DNA from: Bdellovibrionales bacterium
GTDB lineage: Archaea > Nanobdellota > Nanobdellia > Woesearchaeales > UBA583
DNA length: 64,000 nt
Direction of reading: 5' to 3'
Assembly: GCA_964217375.1 (NCBI GenBank)
Contig: CAXPJQ010000059.1
Span: 11,208-75,207, forward strand
The number at the start of each line of letters is the position of its first letter. The stretch's first letter is position 1. The position numbers and the translations under genes are program-made. Below, in pieces: positions 18,490-28,290 of the stretch. The notes below the pieces were generated by a model. That model had not been told where the DNA came from and did no database searches. It worked only from the letters and a program-made list of their open reading frames with translations.

Positions 18490-19491
18490 TTAATTAAAAA
18501 TTACTTGGGATTTTTCCCCAATATTTATTTTAGTTGATTTACCTTTCAATTCTACTTTTTTTCCAATTAAAGAATCTTTTAAAATTAAATTCTCAATAAA
18601 TGAATTTTTATTAACAATTGAATTTTCAATAACTGAATTTTGAATTTGAACCCCTTCACTAATTGAAACATTTGGTCCAATTACGGAGTTTTTAATTATT
18701 GCTTTTTTTGAAATAAAAACTGGAGGAATAATAATACAGCTATCTTTTTTAGATATTTTATTTGTAGATTTTTTTTCAAGAAAATATTTATTTGAGTCAA
18801 GTAAAATCTCAAGCCTTCCACAATCAAACCATTTCTTAACTTCTGAACATGAAACAACCTTAGAATTATCATTTACTAAAGATTGCAAAACTTGTGCTAT
18901 TCTATACTCTCCCTTAATTGTTTGAAAATTACTATAAAATGAATTAAGTAATTTTTTTACTTCAAGTAATGATTTGAAATAATAAGTTCCAATTATTGCC
19001 ATATCTGATTTTGGGTTTTGGGGTTTTTCTTCAATTTGAATTATCTCATTTCTTTCATTTAAATTCATAACACCATAATGTTGAGGTTCATCAACTCTCA
19101 TTCCAAAGACAATTGAATCATATTGATTACTTTTAGAAATTGCAGATTTCAAATTAAAATCAATTAAAGTATCTCCAAAGATTACTACTAATTCATCATC
19201 TTTAGAATAACTTTCTAAACCAATTCTTACTGCAGACCCATCTCCATCTCTAACTTCTTGTTCTACAAATTTAGAATTAATATTAGGATAAGTTTTTTTA
19301 ATATGTCTAATAATTGAATCTTTCTTATACCCTACAATAAAAACAATTTCATCAGGGTTAACACTTAGAGCATCATCAATTACATAATCAATCATTACTT
19401 TCCCTGCAACTTCCATTAAAGGTTTTGCTGTTGTATTTGTATGAGGTTTTAGTCTGGAACCAACTCCTGCTACAGGTATAATTACTTTCAT
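18490..19491 (-). CDS. sugar-phosphate nucleotidyltransferase with C-terminal left-handed beta-helix (GlmU/RmlA-like)
   Basis: N-terminal 'MKVIIPVAGVGSRLKPHTNTTAKPLMEVAGKVMIDYVI' is the NTP_transferase signature. The C-terminus has hexapeptide-like repeats ('VIGPNVSISEGVQIQNSVIENSIV'). Confidence 0.7.
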   Translation of the reverse strand: MKVIIPVAGVGSRLKPHTNTTAKPLMEVAGKVMIDYVIDDALSVNPDEIVFIVGYKKDSIIRHIKKTYPNINSKFVEQEVRDGDGSAVRIGLESYSKDDELVVIFGDTLIDFNLKSAISKSNQYDSIVFGMRVDEPQHYGVMNLNERNEIIQIEEKPQNPKSDMAIIGTYYFKSLLEVKKLLNSFYSNFQTIKGEYRIAQVLQSLVNDNSKVVSCSEVKKWFDCGRLEILLDSNKYFLEKKSTNKISKKDSCIIIPPVFISKKAIIKNSVIGPNVSISEGVQIQNSVIENSIVNKNSFIENLILKDSLIGKKVELKGKSTKINIGEKSQVIFN

Positions 19492-19538
19492 AAATAAGTA
19501 AATCTAATTAAGATTATATAAATTTACTTAATATTAAA

Positions 19539-21323
19539 TTATAATCCCCAAAGTGTATCTTCTTTTCTCATAATTTCTGCAATTTCTTTTAATGTATTAA
19601 CTTCATCTTTTGAGAGTAAATCCATATTTTTCTTTAACTTCCTAAAATTTTCTTCCCCCATAAAAGTATATAATACTGAATCTTCTTGAGCATGTCTCCC
19701 AACTACTAAATCATCCATTGAAACTGCTGCTTGTTCTCCTAATTTAAGTTCTTGTAGTGTTTCATCCCTATCTTTAATTGTTTTAATTGAACCTACTTTT
19801 TTACCATAATCAGTCATTAAAGCAACATTTGGTTTAGTACTTCCACCCATTGTCTCAACACCCACAACTGCAGGTCCTGATGCTCTAAATATACAGTTTC
19901 TTAAAATTTTAATTTTAAAAGGCATTGTTAATTCTGAGAGTCTTGCCCTTTGAATTTCAGCCTCTTTTTTCTCAAGCCAATCCTGTGCATCTTCAATTAA
20001 TTTATATATAATATCATTACTTATAATTTCAACTCCATACTCTTTTGCCATTGCTAAGATTTCATCATCTATTTTTTGAGAAAAATTTAAAATTAAAGCA
20101 TTTTTAGGGTTTTTCTTTAAATCTGCCCCTGCATCAATAATATCTTTTTTAGTAATTTTACCAATAACTGCTTTTCTAAGTGGAATCTCATGTTCATCTA
20201 AAATGTGTGCTAAAGCTTCAAGGGAACCAAGAGTATCTGCTTTAACTAAAATCCCCTCAACACCTGCAACCAAATTAATATCTGCTTGTTCATTTTCAAG
20301 TTCGTCTCTAAGTGCTTCAATTTCGTCTTTTGAGGCATTTTTTCTATATGTAATTATAGGCATACCTGCTTTAATATCCTCAAAATCTGGACATGCAAGT
20401 TTAACTCCTGAGGCTGACTGACATTCCTTAATTGTTGTAAATTTAGTTGAAGAATCTCTAATTTCTTTCATTTCATTTGGTTTTAAGATACTTTTTAATC
20501 TTGATTCCTGAACTCCATCAACATCTAAAGCTAAAACTTGATCTCCTGCTTTGGCAACTCCATCGTGTAAAATAACATCAATTGTTTTACCTAAACCAGG
20601 ATAATCTTTAACCTCTAAAATTACTCCTCTTGAAATATTTTCATTTTCAATAGTTAATTTTTTCTCCATAAATTTTTGAGTTAAACCAACAAGAGTTGAA
20701 ATTAATTCTTTAACACCTTCTCCAGATTTTGCTGAAATTGGAACTACTGCAACTTTCCTTGTAAAGTCATCAACTCTATCATATCTATCTGCTTCAAAAC
20801 CAAATTCATTTAATTTCCCTACAATTTCATAAACTTTCTCTTCTAATTTATAAATTACATCTTGTCTTTGTTTATCAATTGTATTCAATAATTTATCTTT
20901 GGGATTTCCTTGCCACCCTGGCATATTATCAACTTTATTTGCTGCAACAATAAATGGTGTTTTCATTGACTTTAAAATCTCAACAGCTTCAATTGTTTGA
21001 GGTTTAAATCCTTCATTAATATCTACAATTAAAATACCAATATCTGAAATTGATCCACCTCTTTTTCTAAGTGAAGTAAAAGCTTTATGTCCAGGAGTGT
21101 CAATAAATAAAAGTCCTGGAACTTTAAGTGCTTCTTTTGGTATAAATCCATCAACTGTTTTAATTAAATCTTTTTTTGGAACTTCTGTAGCTCCAATGTG
21201 CTGAGTAATTCCTCCAGCCTCCTTTGCAATAATTGTTGAATTTCTAATATAATCAAGAAGTGAAGTTTTCCCATGATCTACATGTCCTAAAACTGAAATA
21301 ATTGGTTGTCTTAAATATGCCAT
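19539..21323 (-). CDS. infB: translation initiation factor aIF5B (IF-2 homolog)
   Basis: G1 'GHVDHGKTSLLD', G3 'DTPGH', G4 'NKVD'. The 594-aa length is typical of aIF5B. Confidence 0.9.
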   Translation of the reverse strand: MAYLRQPIISVLGHVDHGKTSLLDYIRNSTIIAKEAGGITQHIGATEVPKKDLIKTVDGFIPKEALKVPGLLFIDTPGHKAFTSLRKRGGSISDIGILIVDINEGFKPQTIEAVEILKSMKTPFIVAANKVDNMPGWQGNPKDKLLNTIDKQRQDVIYKLEEKVYEIVGKLNEFGFEADRYDRVDDFTRKVAVVPISAKSGEGVKELISTLVGLTQKFMEKKLTIENENISRGVILEVKDYPGLGKTIDVILHDGVAKAGDQVLALDVDGVQESRLKSILKPNEMKEIRDSSTKFTTIKECQSASGVKLACPDFEDIKAGMPIITYRKNASKDEIEALRDELENEQADINLVAGVEGILVKADTLGSLEALAHILDEHEIPLRKAVIGKITKKDIIDAGADLKKNPKNALILNFSQKIDDEILAMAKEYGVEIISNDIIYKLIEDAQDWLEKKEAEIQRARLSELTMPFKIKILRNCIFRASGPAVVGVETMGGSTKPNVALMTDYGKKVGSIKTIKDRDETLQELKLGEQAAVSMDDLVVGRHAQEDSVLYTFMGEENFRKLKKNMDLLSKDEVNTLKEIAEIMRKEDTLWGL

Positions 21324-21395
21324 TTTAAATATAATCTCTAAAAATATAAAAATATTTTAAATCTACTAAAAATAAAGTATAAAATATTTATAAAG

Positions 21396-22193
21396 TTAAT
21401 TAGAATTAAACCCAAAATATTTCAAATAAGATTGAATTAAAGTAGTATTATATTCTCCATGTGTTAAATTTACCATAAATGGAAATTCCAAATGATTTCC
21501 AGATACTAAAAATTTACTTGCTTCATTAAATAACCTCTCCTCTAATTTTCCAGAACTCTGTTCAAATACATCTTCTTTTCTAAATTTTGGTAAAGCTTCA
21601 CTTAAACCTTCCTTAAGAAGATCTAAAAATTTAATTTTAAAATTAGAAACACTCTCTAGGTTCGAATAAAAGTTTAAACTAGAAGTATTACTTGAAGGTT
21701 CAAATTCTTCAGATTCTGGTTTTTCTACAAAAGGCTCTAAACCTGAATAAGATAGGGCCAAATTCTTTTTAGTTTGATTTAAATATCTAATTGAAATAGA
21801 TAAATCACTAAAAAAATAAGTTTTTTCCCTATTTTTTAAAATAGAATCTAGGTTTTGAGAAATCCTACCTTTAATATACAAAGAAACTAAATCATTAAAC
21901 TCTTTTTTTGAATGTTTAACTGAAGTTTTATTACTCAAAACTTTAGTACTTCTAATTTCTAAATCAGCCCCAACTATTTGATAAGAATTTTCTTGAGGTG
22001 ACCTAAAACTAATCAATGAATGTCCTAAAGTTCCTTTATTTGCAATAAAAAAATCAACCGAATCTCTTTGAAATAAATCTAATAAACTCCTATTTAGAAT
22101 TAATTGATTTAATTTATAAAAAATTGGATCTTCATCCACTACAATTTCATAATCTTTGAATTCGACAGAATTCATCTTTGAAAATTTAACCAC
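21396..22193 (-). CDS. hypothetical protein
   Basis: 265-aa ORF with no motifs recognised. Confidence 0.3.
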   Translation of the reverse strand: MVKFSKMNSVEFKDYEIVVDEDPIFYKLNQLILNRSLLDLFQRDSVDFFIANKGTLGHSLISFRSPQENSYQIVGADLEIRSTKVLSNKTSVKHSKKEFNDLVSLYIKGRISQNLDSILKNREKTYFFSDLSISIRYLNQTKKNLALSYSGLEPFVEKPESEEFEPSSNTSSLNFYSNLESVSNFKIKFLDLLKEGLSEALPKFRKEDVFEQSSGKLEERLFNEASKFLVSGNHLEFPFMVNLTHGEYNTTLIQSYLKYFGFNSN

Positions 22194-22217
22194 TAACTAG
22201 AGATAAGATTTCAAATT

Positions 22218-22865
22218 TTATAATTCTTTCCAAATAAAATCAAATAATTTTTCATGGTTTTCAAATATTTTATATGAACTTTTAAGGTTCTCTCGAGTAT
22301 TAGAAGTTAATACACTTAATACTCTAAATCCTCCATCAATCCCACTTTTAACTCCTGAGGGGGCATCTTCAACTACAAAACAATTTTCTTTTTCTTTTTC
22401 ACCACATAATTCAAAAGCTTTTAAATATGGTTCAGGGTGAGGTTTTCTATTTTTAAAATCTTCAGCACAAAGTACTTTCTCAAATATATCTTTAAAATAA
22501 ATTGAAATTACTTTTTCAACAAAAACTCTCTTTGAAGATGTAACTATATATAATTTAATTCCTTGATTTTTTAATTTAATTAAATCCTCTAAAATGTTAA
22601 ATGGTTTAATTAAATCTATTTTTTCATTTAGAAATTTAATTTTTAATTTTTGAATTTTATTTAATTCATCTTCATTAAGAGAAATTCCTTTTTCCTTTGA
22701 AACAATTTTTATTGTCTCTCTAAATTGAACTCCTCCTAATTGCATTAAATCATTTCTTGATGGGAATAAGTTATATTCTCTTAAAGATTCTTACCAAGAC
22801 TTAACATGTGCATCCATTGAATCAATTAAAGTTCCATCTAAATCAAAAAATAAAGCTTTCAACAT
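22218..22865 (-). pseudogene. HAD-superfamily (beta-phosphoglucomutase-like) hydrolase interrupted by an in-frame TAA; the ORF track shows only the downstream 175-aa part
   Basis: Hand translation upstream of the annotated ATG, in the same frame, gives 'MLKALFFDLDGTLIDSMDAHVKSW*ESLREYNLFPSRNDLMQLGG…'. This is HAD motif I (DxDGT) plus the following helix, with the stop at complement(22791..22793). It aligns with the intact paralog 22874..23548 (…FLSWQKVLSEIGL…), where the stop replaces a Gln codon (CAA to TAA). Confidence 0.55.
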
Positions 22866-22873
22866 TTTATAAT

Positions 22874-23548
22874 TTAATTCAATAAGTTTTGTACTTTAAT
22901 TTTTTCTTCAAGTAAATTAAATAACTCTAAATGATTATCCACATAATAATCAGCCTCAGATAAATGGTCTCTATGAAGAGTTGAACCAATTGCAATTACT
23001 TCAAACCCACCATTTTTACCTGCTTTAATTCCAAGTGGCGCATTCTCAACTACAATACATTCATCAATTTCATACCCTGTCAACTCAAATGCTCTAAGAT
23101 ATGGTTCAGGGTGTGGTTTACCTAAACTTACATCGCATGCAGAGATGAAATCTTCAAAAATCCCTGGGAAAAAGTTACTTACTCCATCAAGTACTCTCTC
23201 TCTTGGAGATCCTGAAACTATATACATTTTAAACCCAAGTTCCTTTAAATAAATTAATTTTTCAGTAATTGGATATGGTTCAATTGAAAAAAAATTCTTT
23301 TGCATAATTCTTTTTTCTTTTTGTAAAAGTAAAATTTCATCTAAAGATATTTCAAAGTTATACATCATTGCAATTTCTTGAATCATTACTTCAGATTTCA
23401 TTCCCTCATATAATTTTAATTCCTCAAGGGAAACATTTAATCCTATTTCAGATAATACTTTTTGCCAAGATAAAAAATTTCCTTCAACTGAGTCTACAAG
23501 TACTCCATCCATGTCAAAAAATATTGCCTTTTTCATATCTAATAGCAA
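22874..23548 (-). CDS. HAD-superfamily hydrolase, subfamily IA (beta-phosphoglucomutase/phosphatase-like)
   Basis: Motif I 'AIFFDMDGVLVDS', motif III/IV 'VVENAPLGIKAGKNGG'. It is a paralog of the adjacent pseudogene. The probable start is the internal Met of 'MKKAIFFDMDG'. Confidence 0.7.
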   Translation of the reverse strand: MLLDMKKAIFFDMDGVLVDSVEGNFLSWQKVLSEIGLNVSLEELKLYEGMKSEVMIQEIAMMYNFEISLDEILLLQKEKRIMQKNFFSIEPYPITEKLIYLKELGFKMYIVSGSPRERVLDGVSNFFPGIFEDFISACDVSLGKPHPEPYLRAFELTGYEIDECIVVENAPLGIKAGKNGGFEVIAIGSTLHRDHLSEADYYVDNHLELFNLLEEKIKVQNLLN

Positions 23549-23612
23549 TTTAATAGTAATTCCTTATAAATATTTATTTTATCTAAAAAGAAATAACACA
23601 CTTAGATGTGAT

Positions 23613-24470
23613 TTATCTGATTTTTAATTCAACTCCACAATTTCTGCAATGTCTTGAATCTTTTGGATGAGTTTTAACTCCACATCCTTTACAAGAGATA
23701 TTTAATTGATGTTTCTCCTCAGCTAAATATTTAACCATAGTTGTAATGTGAACTGGTACAATAACTAAAAAAGATACAATTGAAATCATTAATATTCCTT
23801 TTGCCAAATCAGTCACAGGAGTAATATCTCCATAACCTACAGTTGTAACTGAAACTAAAACAAAATAAAATGAATCCCAAAACGAATTAATACTATCATT
23901 TACAAGATATTCAACCTGATAAATCATAGCTGATGAAACAAACATTAACATAAAGACTGTAAATATAATCCTAAATATAAATAATTTCTCTAAATCAAAG
24001 TCACTAAATCCTTCATCTTGCATATATTTTCTTGATATGTTTAAAAATCTTAAAAACCTAAATATTCTAAATAGTCTAAACATTCTAATTGTTTGTGATG
24101 AGAACCCAAACCAAAAAGGAACCACTGCAAAAATATCAATCCAAGTATAAAATGAAGTAAAAAATTTTAACTTTTTCCTTGCAATATAGAATCTAAGTAA
24201 TAACTCTACTGAGAATATAATTAAAATAATGTAATCTAAAACCTTAAAGAAATATATCCAAAATGATGATTCTACTGTTGTTTCAAAAACAAAAACAACT
24301 GCAGATAAAAAGATTAAAATCATTAAAAATACATCAAAATTTAAAGATTTCTTTGTAACTGAATCTCCAAATAATTCTTCTAAAGTTTCTTCAAATTTAT
24401 TTGGAATCAATTTATTTACCATAATATATAATAAAAATAGATCTTTCTTATTAAAAAAACTAGCAACCAC
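23613..24470 (-). CDS. voltage-gated K+ channel (6TM Kv/KvAP-like) with C-terminal zinc-ribbon
   Basis: Selectivity filter 'TTVGYGDITP'. S4 voltage sensor with Arg every third residue, 'RMFRLFRIFRFLRFL'. C-terminal 'CKGCGVKTHPKDSRHCRNCG' is a CxxC…CxxC motif. Confidence 0.8.
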   Translation of the reverse strand: MVASFFNKKDLFLLYIMVNKLIPNKFEETLEELFGDSVTKKSLNFDVFLMILIFLSAVVFVFETTVESSFWIYFFKVLDYIILIIFSVELLLRFYIARKKLKFFTSFYTWIDIFAVVPFWFGFSSQTIRMFRLFRIFRFLRFLNISRKYMQDEGFSDFDLEKLFIFRIIFTVFMLMFVSSAMIYQVEYLVNDSINSFWDSFYFVLVSVTTVGYGDITPVTDLAKGILMISIVSFLVIVPVHITTMVKYLAEEKHQLNISCKGCGVKTHPKDSRHCRNCGVELKIR

Positions 24471-24524
24471 TAAAAAGAGATTCTCAATAAAAGAGTTTAA
24501 AAATCAGATTGTAATTATATTTAT

Positions 24525-24998
24525 ATGGATAAAATCAATTTAACTATAATTAAAATGTTTGAAGAATCAATTGAAGTAATCTCAAAGTTAGCTTCAATTC
24601 AATTTTTTATCATAATTATAATTACTACATATATATTAAACATTGAAGAAATATTTAAAGGTTTAATTCTAGGATTAATTCTAATTACTCTTATAGGTTC
24701 AAGTATTAGGTTTTTTTTATTTAAAGATAGACCAAAAAAAGAAAAATTTGATAACTTTATTGAAAAAATAAAAGCATCTTCATTCCCATCCATGCATTCT
24801 GCAAGAATGTCATTTTTAATTTTATTTTTTTATGGAATTATTAACAATATAAATTTAGAAATTTTTTTATTAATCCTATACTTAATTGTATGTTTTCAAA
24901 GATATTATAGTAAAAAACACGATTTATATGATTTAATTGGAGGATTAATATTAGGTATTTGTGTTAGTTTATTTATTTCAAATTTAAAAGGGTTTTAA
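24525..24998 (+). CDS. PAP2-family membrane phosphatase (phosphatidic-acid-phosphatase type 2-like)
   Basis: 'SSFPSMHSARMS' resembles PAP2 motif 2 (SFPSGH) and 'KKHDLYDLIGGLILG' resembles motif 3 (SRxxxxxHxxxD). Polytopic. Confidence 0.5.
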   Translation: MDKINLTIIKMFEESIEVISKLASIQFFIIIIITTYILNIEEIFKGLILGLILITLIGSSIRFFLFKDRPKKEKFDNFIEKIKASSFPSMHSARMSFLILFFYGIINNINLEIFLLILYLIVCFQRYYSKKHDLYDLIGGLILGICVSLFISNLKGF

Positions 24999-25015
24999 AT
25001 TTAAATATTTAAACT

Positions 25016-28000
25016 CTATTCAATTAAAATATCTACAAATAACTTTTTCAATTTCTCATAAATTAAAATAATTGGAGTTGATTCCGAGATATCATCATCA
25101 TTTTCTGCCCTAAATGCAATTTCAAGCTCAGCTTTTTGAGTTGAATCAATGATATATGAACTCAAATCAATATTATATATATTTTCTCCCTCTAAGTATT
25201 CTCCTAAAATTCTAGATTCTCCATTTATATATATCTCAACAACTGCATTTTGAGTTAAATCAATTCCAAAACTTAATTCATCTCCAAAGTAAAAATAATC
25301 TCCTCCAAAGTTATATGCTCCTGAAATTAATCTAGAATTTATATCTAAACTATTTTGATTATCTCCAGTTCCAGGATTTTCATTCCCCCCACTTTGATCA
25401 TCATCGTCATCCTCTTCATCTCTTATTACTTCAAATTCAACATCTTCTCCCTCATCATCATCTCCTCCTGAATCTCCAGAACCATCATCAACTTGAGTTT
25501 CATCTTCAGTTACTACATAATTTAAAATCAAATTATATGTATTTAATCCAATTGCTGAATCAATTAAACAAATAAAATTAACTCCATCAAAATCACAAGT
25601 ATAACTCTCATAAGCTCTATCTAAACTCTCAACTGAAATAGATTCAATTAATTTATTTGATACGACACTTCCTTGAATATAATTTTCTTTACTCTCAACT
25701 CTAAAATCATTTCCATTAAAATAAACTTTCTCAAAATTTGAAATACTCATCCCAAAATTTTCAACCACAATAGTTTCATCAACTACATTTCCAAATGCAT
25801 CTTGAGCTACTAATTCTACTTGATCTTGTGGAATTATGAAACAATATCCTAAACTAAATTTACTCACGCAACCTGTATCTAAATTCTCTTTAATAGACTT
25901 TCCCTCACTTAAAATATCATAACTTGCCAAAAAAGAATAACTTGAATCTAAATGTAGATAATTAAATCCTTCATCTTGTTCAAAAATATATTGAGGTTTT
26001 GTTGAATCTAATGTAAGTAAATATTGAATTTCTGAATTTCTATGTGATAATGAATTTCTTCCAATTAAATTAAATACTGATATCCCTTCTCTTTGTTCAG
26101 CAGAATATATAAAATTATTATTTAGATTTGTTCTCTTAAAATTTGAATTTTCTAGGGAAACTAATTCTTCTTCTCCTAAATAATCATTAAATATATCGCC
26201 CACATAAAAATTAACCCCCTCTCCTAAATTTGAAGTGAAATCATTTGAATCCTCAGATAAAGTATTTTGTAAATTAAGAGAAGCCATTCCCCTCCCAAAT
26301 ATATCACTTCCTGCAAAGTCAAAAGAACCATCCTCAACATTTACAAAAGCTTCAAAATAATTATCTCCAAAAACATTTGAAACTAAATTATTATTAATAG
26401 TAAATGAACCAACATTAAATATCTCACTTTGAACTCTTCCACTTAACCTAACATATTTTTTTAATCCTACATCACTTGATCTAACATAATTAGTTAATGA
26501 ATCTAATTTTACTTTAGGTGAAGATTCAATTACATAATATGTATATTCTTTTGTAAATTCATTACCTGATCCATCTTGATAAATAAATTCAACTTTCCCA
26601 CTATCATCGCTAAATTCTAAACTTTGAACATCTAAATTTAATCCTGAATTTAGAGTATAATTTGTATGGTCAATATCATCAACATAAATATGTTTAAATG
26701 AAATTGGTTGAGATAACTTTGCTTGAAAAGATGCTTCATCTTCTGAAACAAAAATGATATCTCCTAAAAATACTATTTCATTTGAACTAAATTCTCCAAA
26801 ATCTCCAAAATTTGAATTAATATTTACTCTTCCATCTAAATTAATAGAATTTCCTAAATAATCCTCAGCTGATAAACTATATTGATAATTACCATCATCT
26901 AAATTGGAGATATCAAAGATATAATAATTCCCATACCTTGAAGAGTAATCTAAATCAATTGAATTTATATTTAATTTAATTGAAGATAAATCTAAACCTA
27001 TATCATCTTTAATTTCAAATACTAAATTATTTGCAAACCCTACATTATTAAAATTTAAATTTGAAATCTCTGGGTTTTGTGAATCTCTATATACAATAAA
27101 TTCTCTATATTCTCCATTACTTCCATATAATTCAACAACTGATCTTTTTTTAGTTACTCCATTTACATTAATTAAAAAATCTAAATTCTCAAAACTTGTT
27201 TCATATGAACTTTTATACACTCCATCAACATATATTAAAAATTCTCCAGGAATTGTTGTTGAACCTGAGATACTAAAAAAATCTCCTGAAAACACTTTTT
27301 GATAATAAAAAGAATTAAATCTAAAACTTTGATCTAAATACTCAATTTCATAGATTTCTCCCTCTCCATTTCTATCTACAACTTCAATTTGATTAACACC
27401 TACATTTAATTCAACAAATGCTCCAAACTTATTAGAAATAACTGGAATTCTTTGCCCATTTACATAAACAATTGTTCCATCTTGGGCTTGAGTTGAACCC
27501 TCAATATAAAAATTTCTTTTATATGTTTGAGAGTTATATACTTTATTTACTAAATTAATTACCTCTAAATTTAAAGAAATAGTTGAATCTAAATTTTCAT
27601 ATGAAAAATTTGGTCTCTCCTGAGAATATACATATCTCTCAACAGGTTCAGAGTTTAATCCATTTTGAGATACTGCAATGAATTTTAAATAACCTCCATA
27701 CCCATTTAAATTTAAATTAAAACTTTTATCATTATTTACTGAAGTTGTTGCAATTAAATTATTATTATAATCTCTTGCCTCAATTGTATCTCCACTATGA
27801 TCTCCAAATCCACTTACTTGAGATGACTCAATAATTAAAGGAATTTGAGGAGGTGTTGGTTGATTCAAATCTACAACTAATTCAAAACTTTTTTGTGCAA
27901 GTAACTGGTCAACATCATCATATGATTTCACATTCAAATCATAAACACCAGATTTAACTAAAGCATTTTCAAGTTCAAAATTTGAATTTGAAACTTCCTC

Positions 28001-28216
28001 ATTCAAATTAGTCCATCTTGAATTTTCATTTTGAATTGATAATGTAGATTTACTAACTAAATCAATATTTTCTCCAAAACTTAAAGAGATATCTCCCAAG
28101 CCAGTATAATACCTTGGACACTGTGTTAAATTTGAATTCTCAAAGCTACAACTTGCATAACTTGAACTAAAAAATAGAGAAAAAATCCCTAAAAACAAAA
28201 ATAAACTTCTAAACAT
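25016..28216 (-). CDS. large secreted cell-surface protein (S-layer/adhesin candidate) with poly-acidic linker
   Basis: Signal peptide 'MFRSLFLFLGIFSLFFSSSYASC'. 1066 aa, rich in Asn/Ser/Tyr beta-type sequence. Acidic run 'DDGSGDSGGDDDEGEDVEFEVIRDEEDDDDDQSGGNENPGTGDNQ'. Confidence 0.5.
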   Translation of the reverse strand: MFRSLFLFLGIFSLFFSSSYASCSFENSNLTQCPRYYTGLGDISLSFGENIDLVSKSTLSIQNENSRWTNLNEEVSNSNFELENALVKSGVYDLNVKSYDDVDQLLAQKSFELVVDLNQPTPPQIPLIIESSQVSGFGDHSGDTIEARDYNNNLIATTSVNNDKSFNLNLNGYGGYLKFIAVSQNGLNSEPVERYVYSQERPNFSYENLDSTISLNLEVINLVNKVYNSQTYKRNFYIEGSTQAQDGTIVYVNGQRIPVISNKFGAFVELNVGVNQIEVVDRNGEGEIYEIEYLDQSFRFNSFYYQKVFSGDFFSISGSTTIPGEFLIYVDGVYKSSYETSFENLDFLINVNGVTKKRSVVELYGSNGEYREFIVYRDSQNPEISNLNFNNVGFANNLVFEIKDDIGLDLSSIKLNINSIDLDYSSRYGNYYIFDISNLDDGNYQYSLSAEDYLGNSINLDGRVNINSNFGDFGEFSSNEIVFLGDIIFVSEDEASFQAKLSQPISFKHIYVDDIDHTNYTLNSGLNLDVQSLEFSDDSGKVEFIYQDGSGNEFTKEYTYYVIESSPKVKLDSLTNYVRSSDVGLKKYVRLSGRVQSEIFNVGSFTINNNLVSNVFGDNYFEAFVNVEDGSFDFAGSDIFGRGMASLNLQNTLSEDSNDFTSNLGEGVNFYVGDIFNDYLGEEELVSLENSNFKRTNLNNNFIYSAEQREGISVFNLIGRNSLSHRNSEIQYLLTLDSTKPQYIFEQDEGFNYLHLDSSYSFLASYDILSEGKSIKENLDTGCVSKFSLGYCFIIPQDQVELVAQDAFGNVVDETIVVENFGMSISNFEKVYFNGNDFRVESKENYIQGSVVSNKLIESISVESLDRAYESYTCDFDGVNFICLIDSAIGLNTYNLILNYVVTEDETQVDDGSGDSGGDDDEGEDVEFEVIRDEEDDDDDQSGGNENPGTGDNQNSLDINSRLISGAYNFGGDYFYFGDELSFGIDLTQNAVVEIYINGESRILGEYLEGENIYNIDLSSYIIDSTQKAELEIAFRAENDDDISESTPIILIYEKLKKLFVDILIE

Positions 28217-28290
28217 AAGAGAAAATGCATAAAAATAATTTAAAATACTTTGTATTAAATTTAAGGGAAAAAAATAAAAAAATAATTAAT

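Noticed and set aside
22791-22793. Possibility that TAA is a sense codon, meaning an alternative genetic code
   Set aside because: TAA terminates most well-supported genes in the window, including lon, ftsZ, pheS and sufC, and TGA and TAG are also used as stops. A single in-frame TAA is better explained by a nonsense mutation or a sequencing error.
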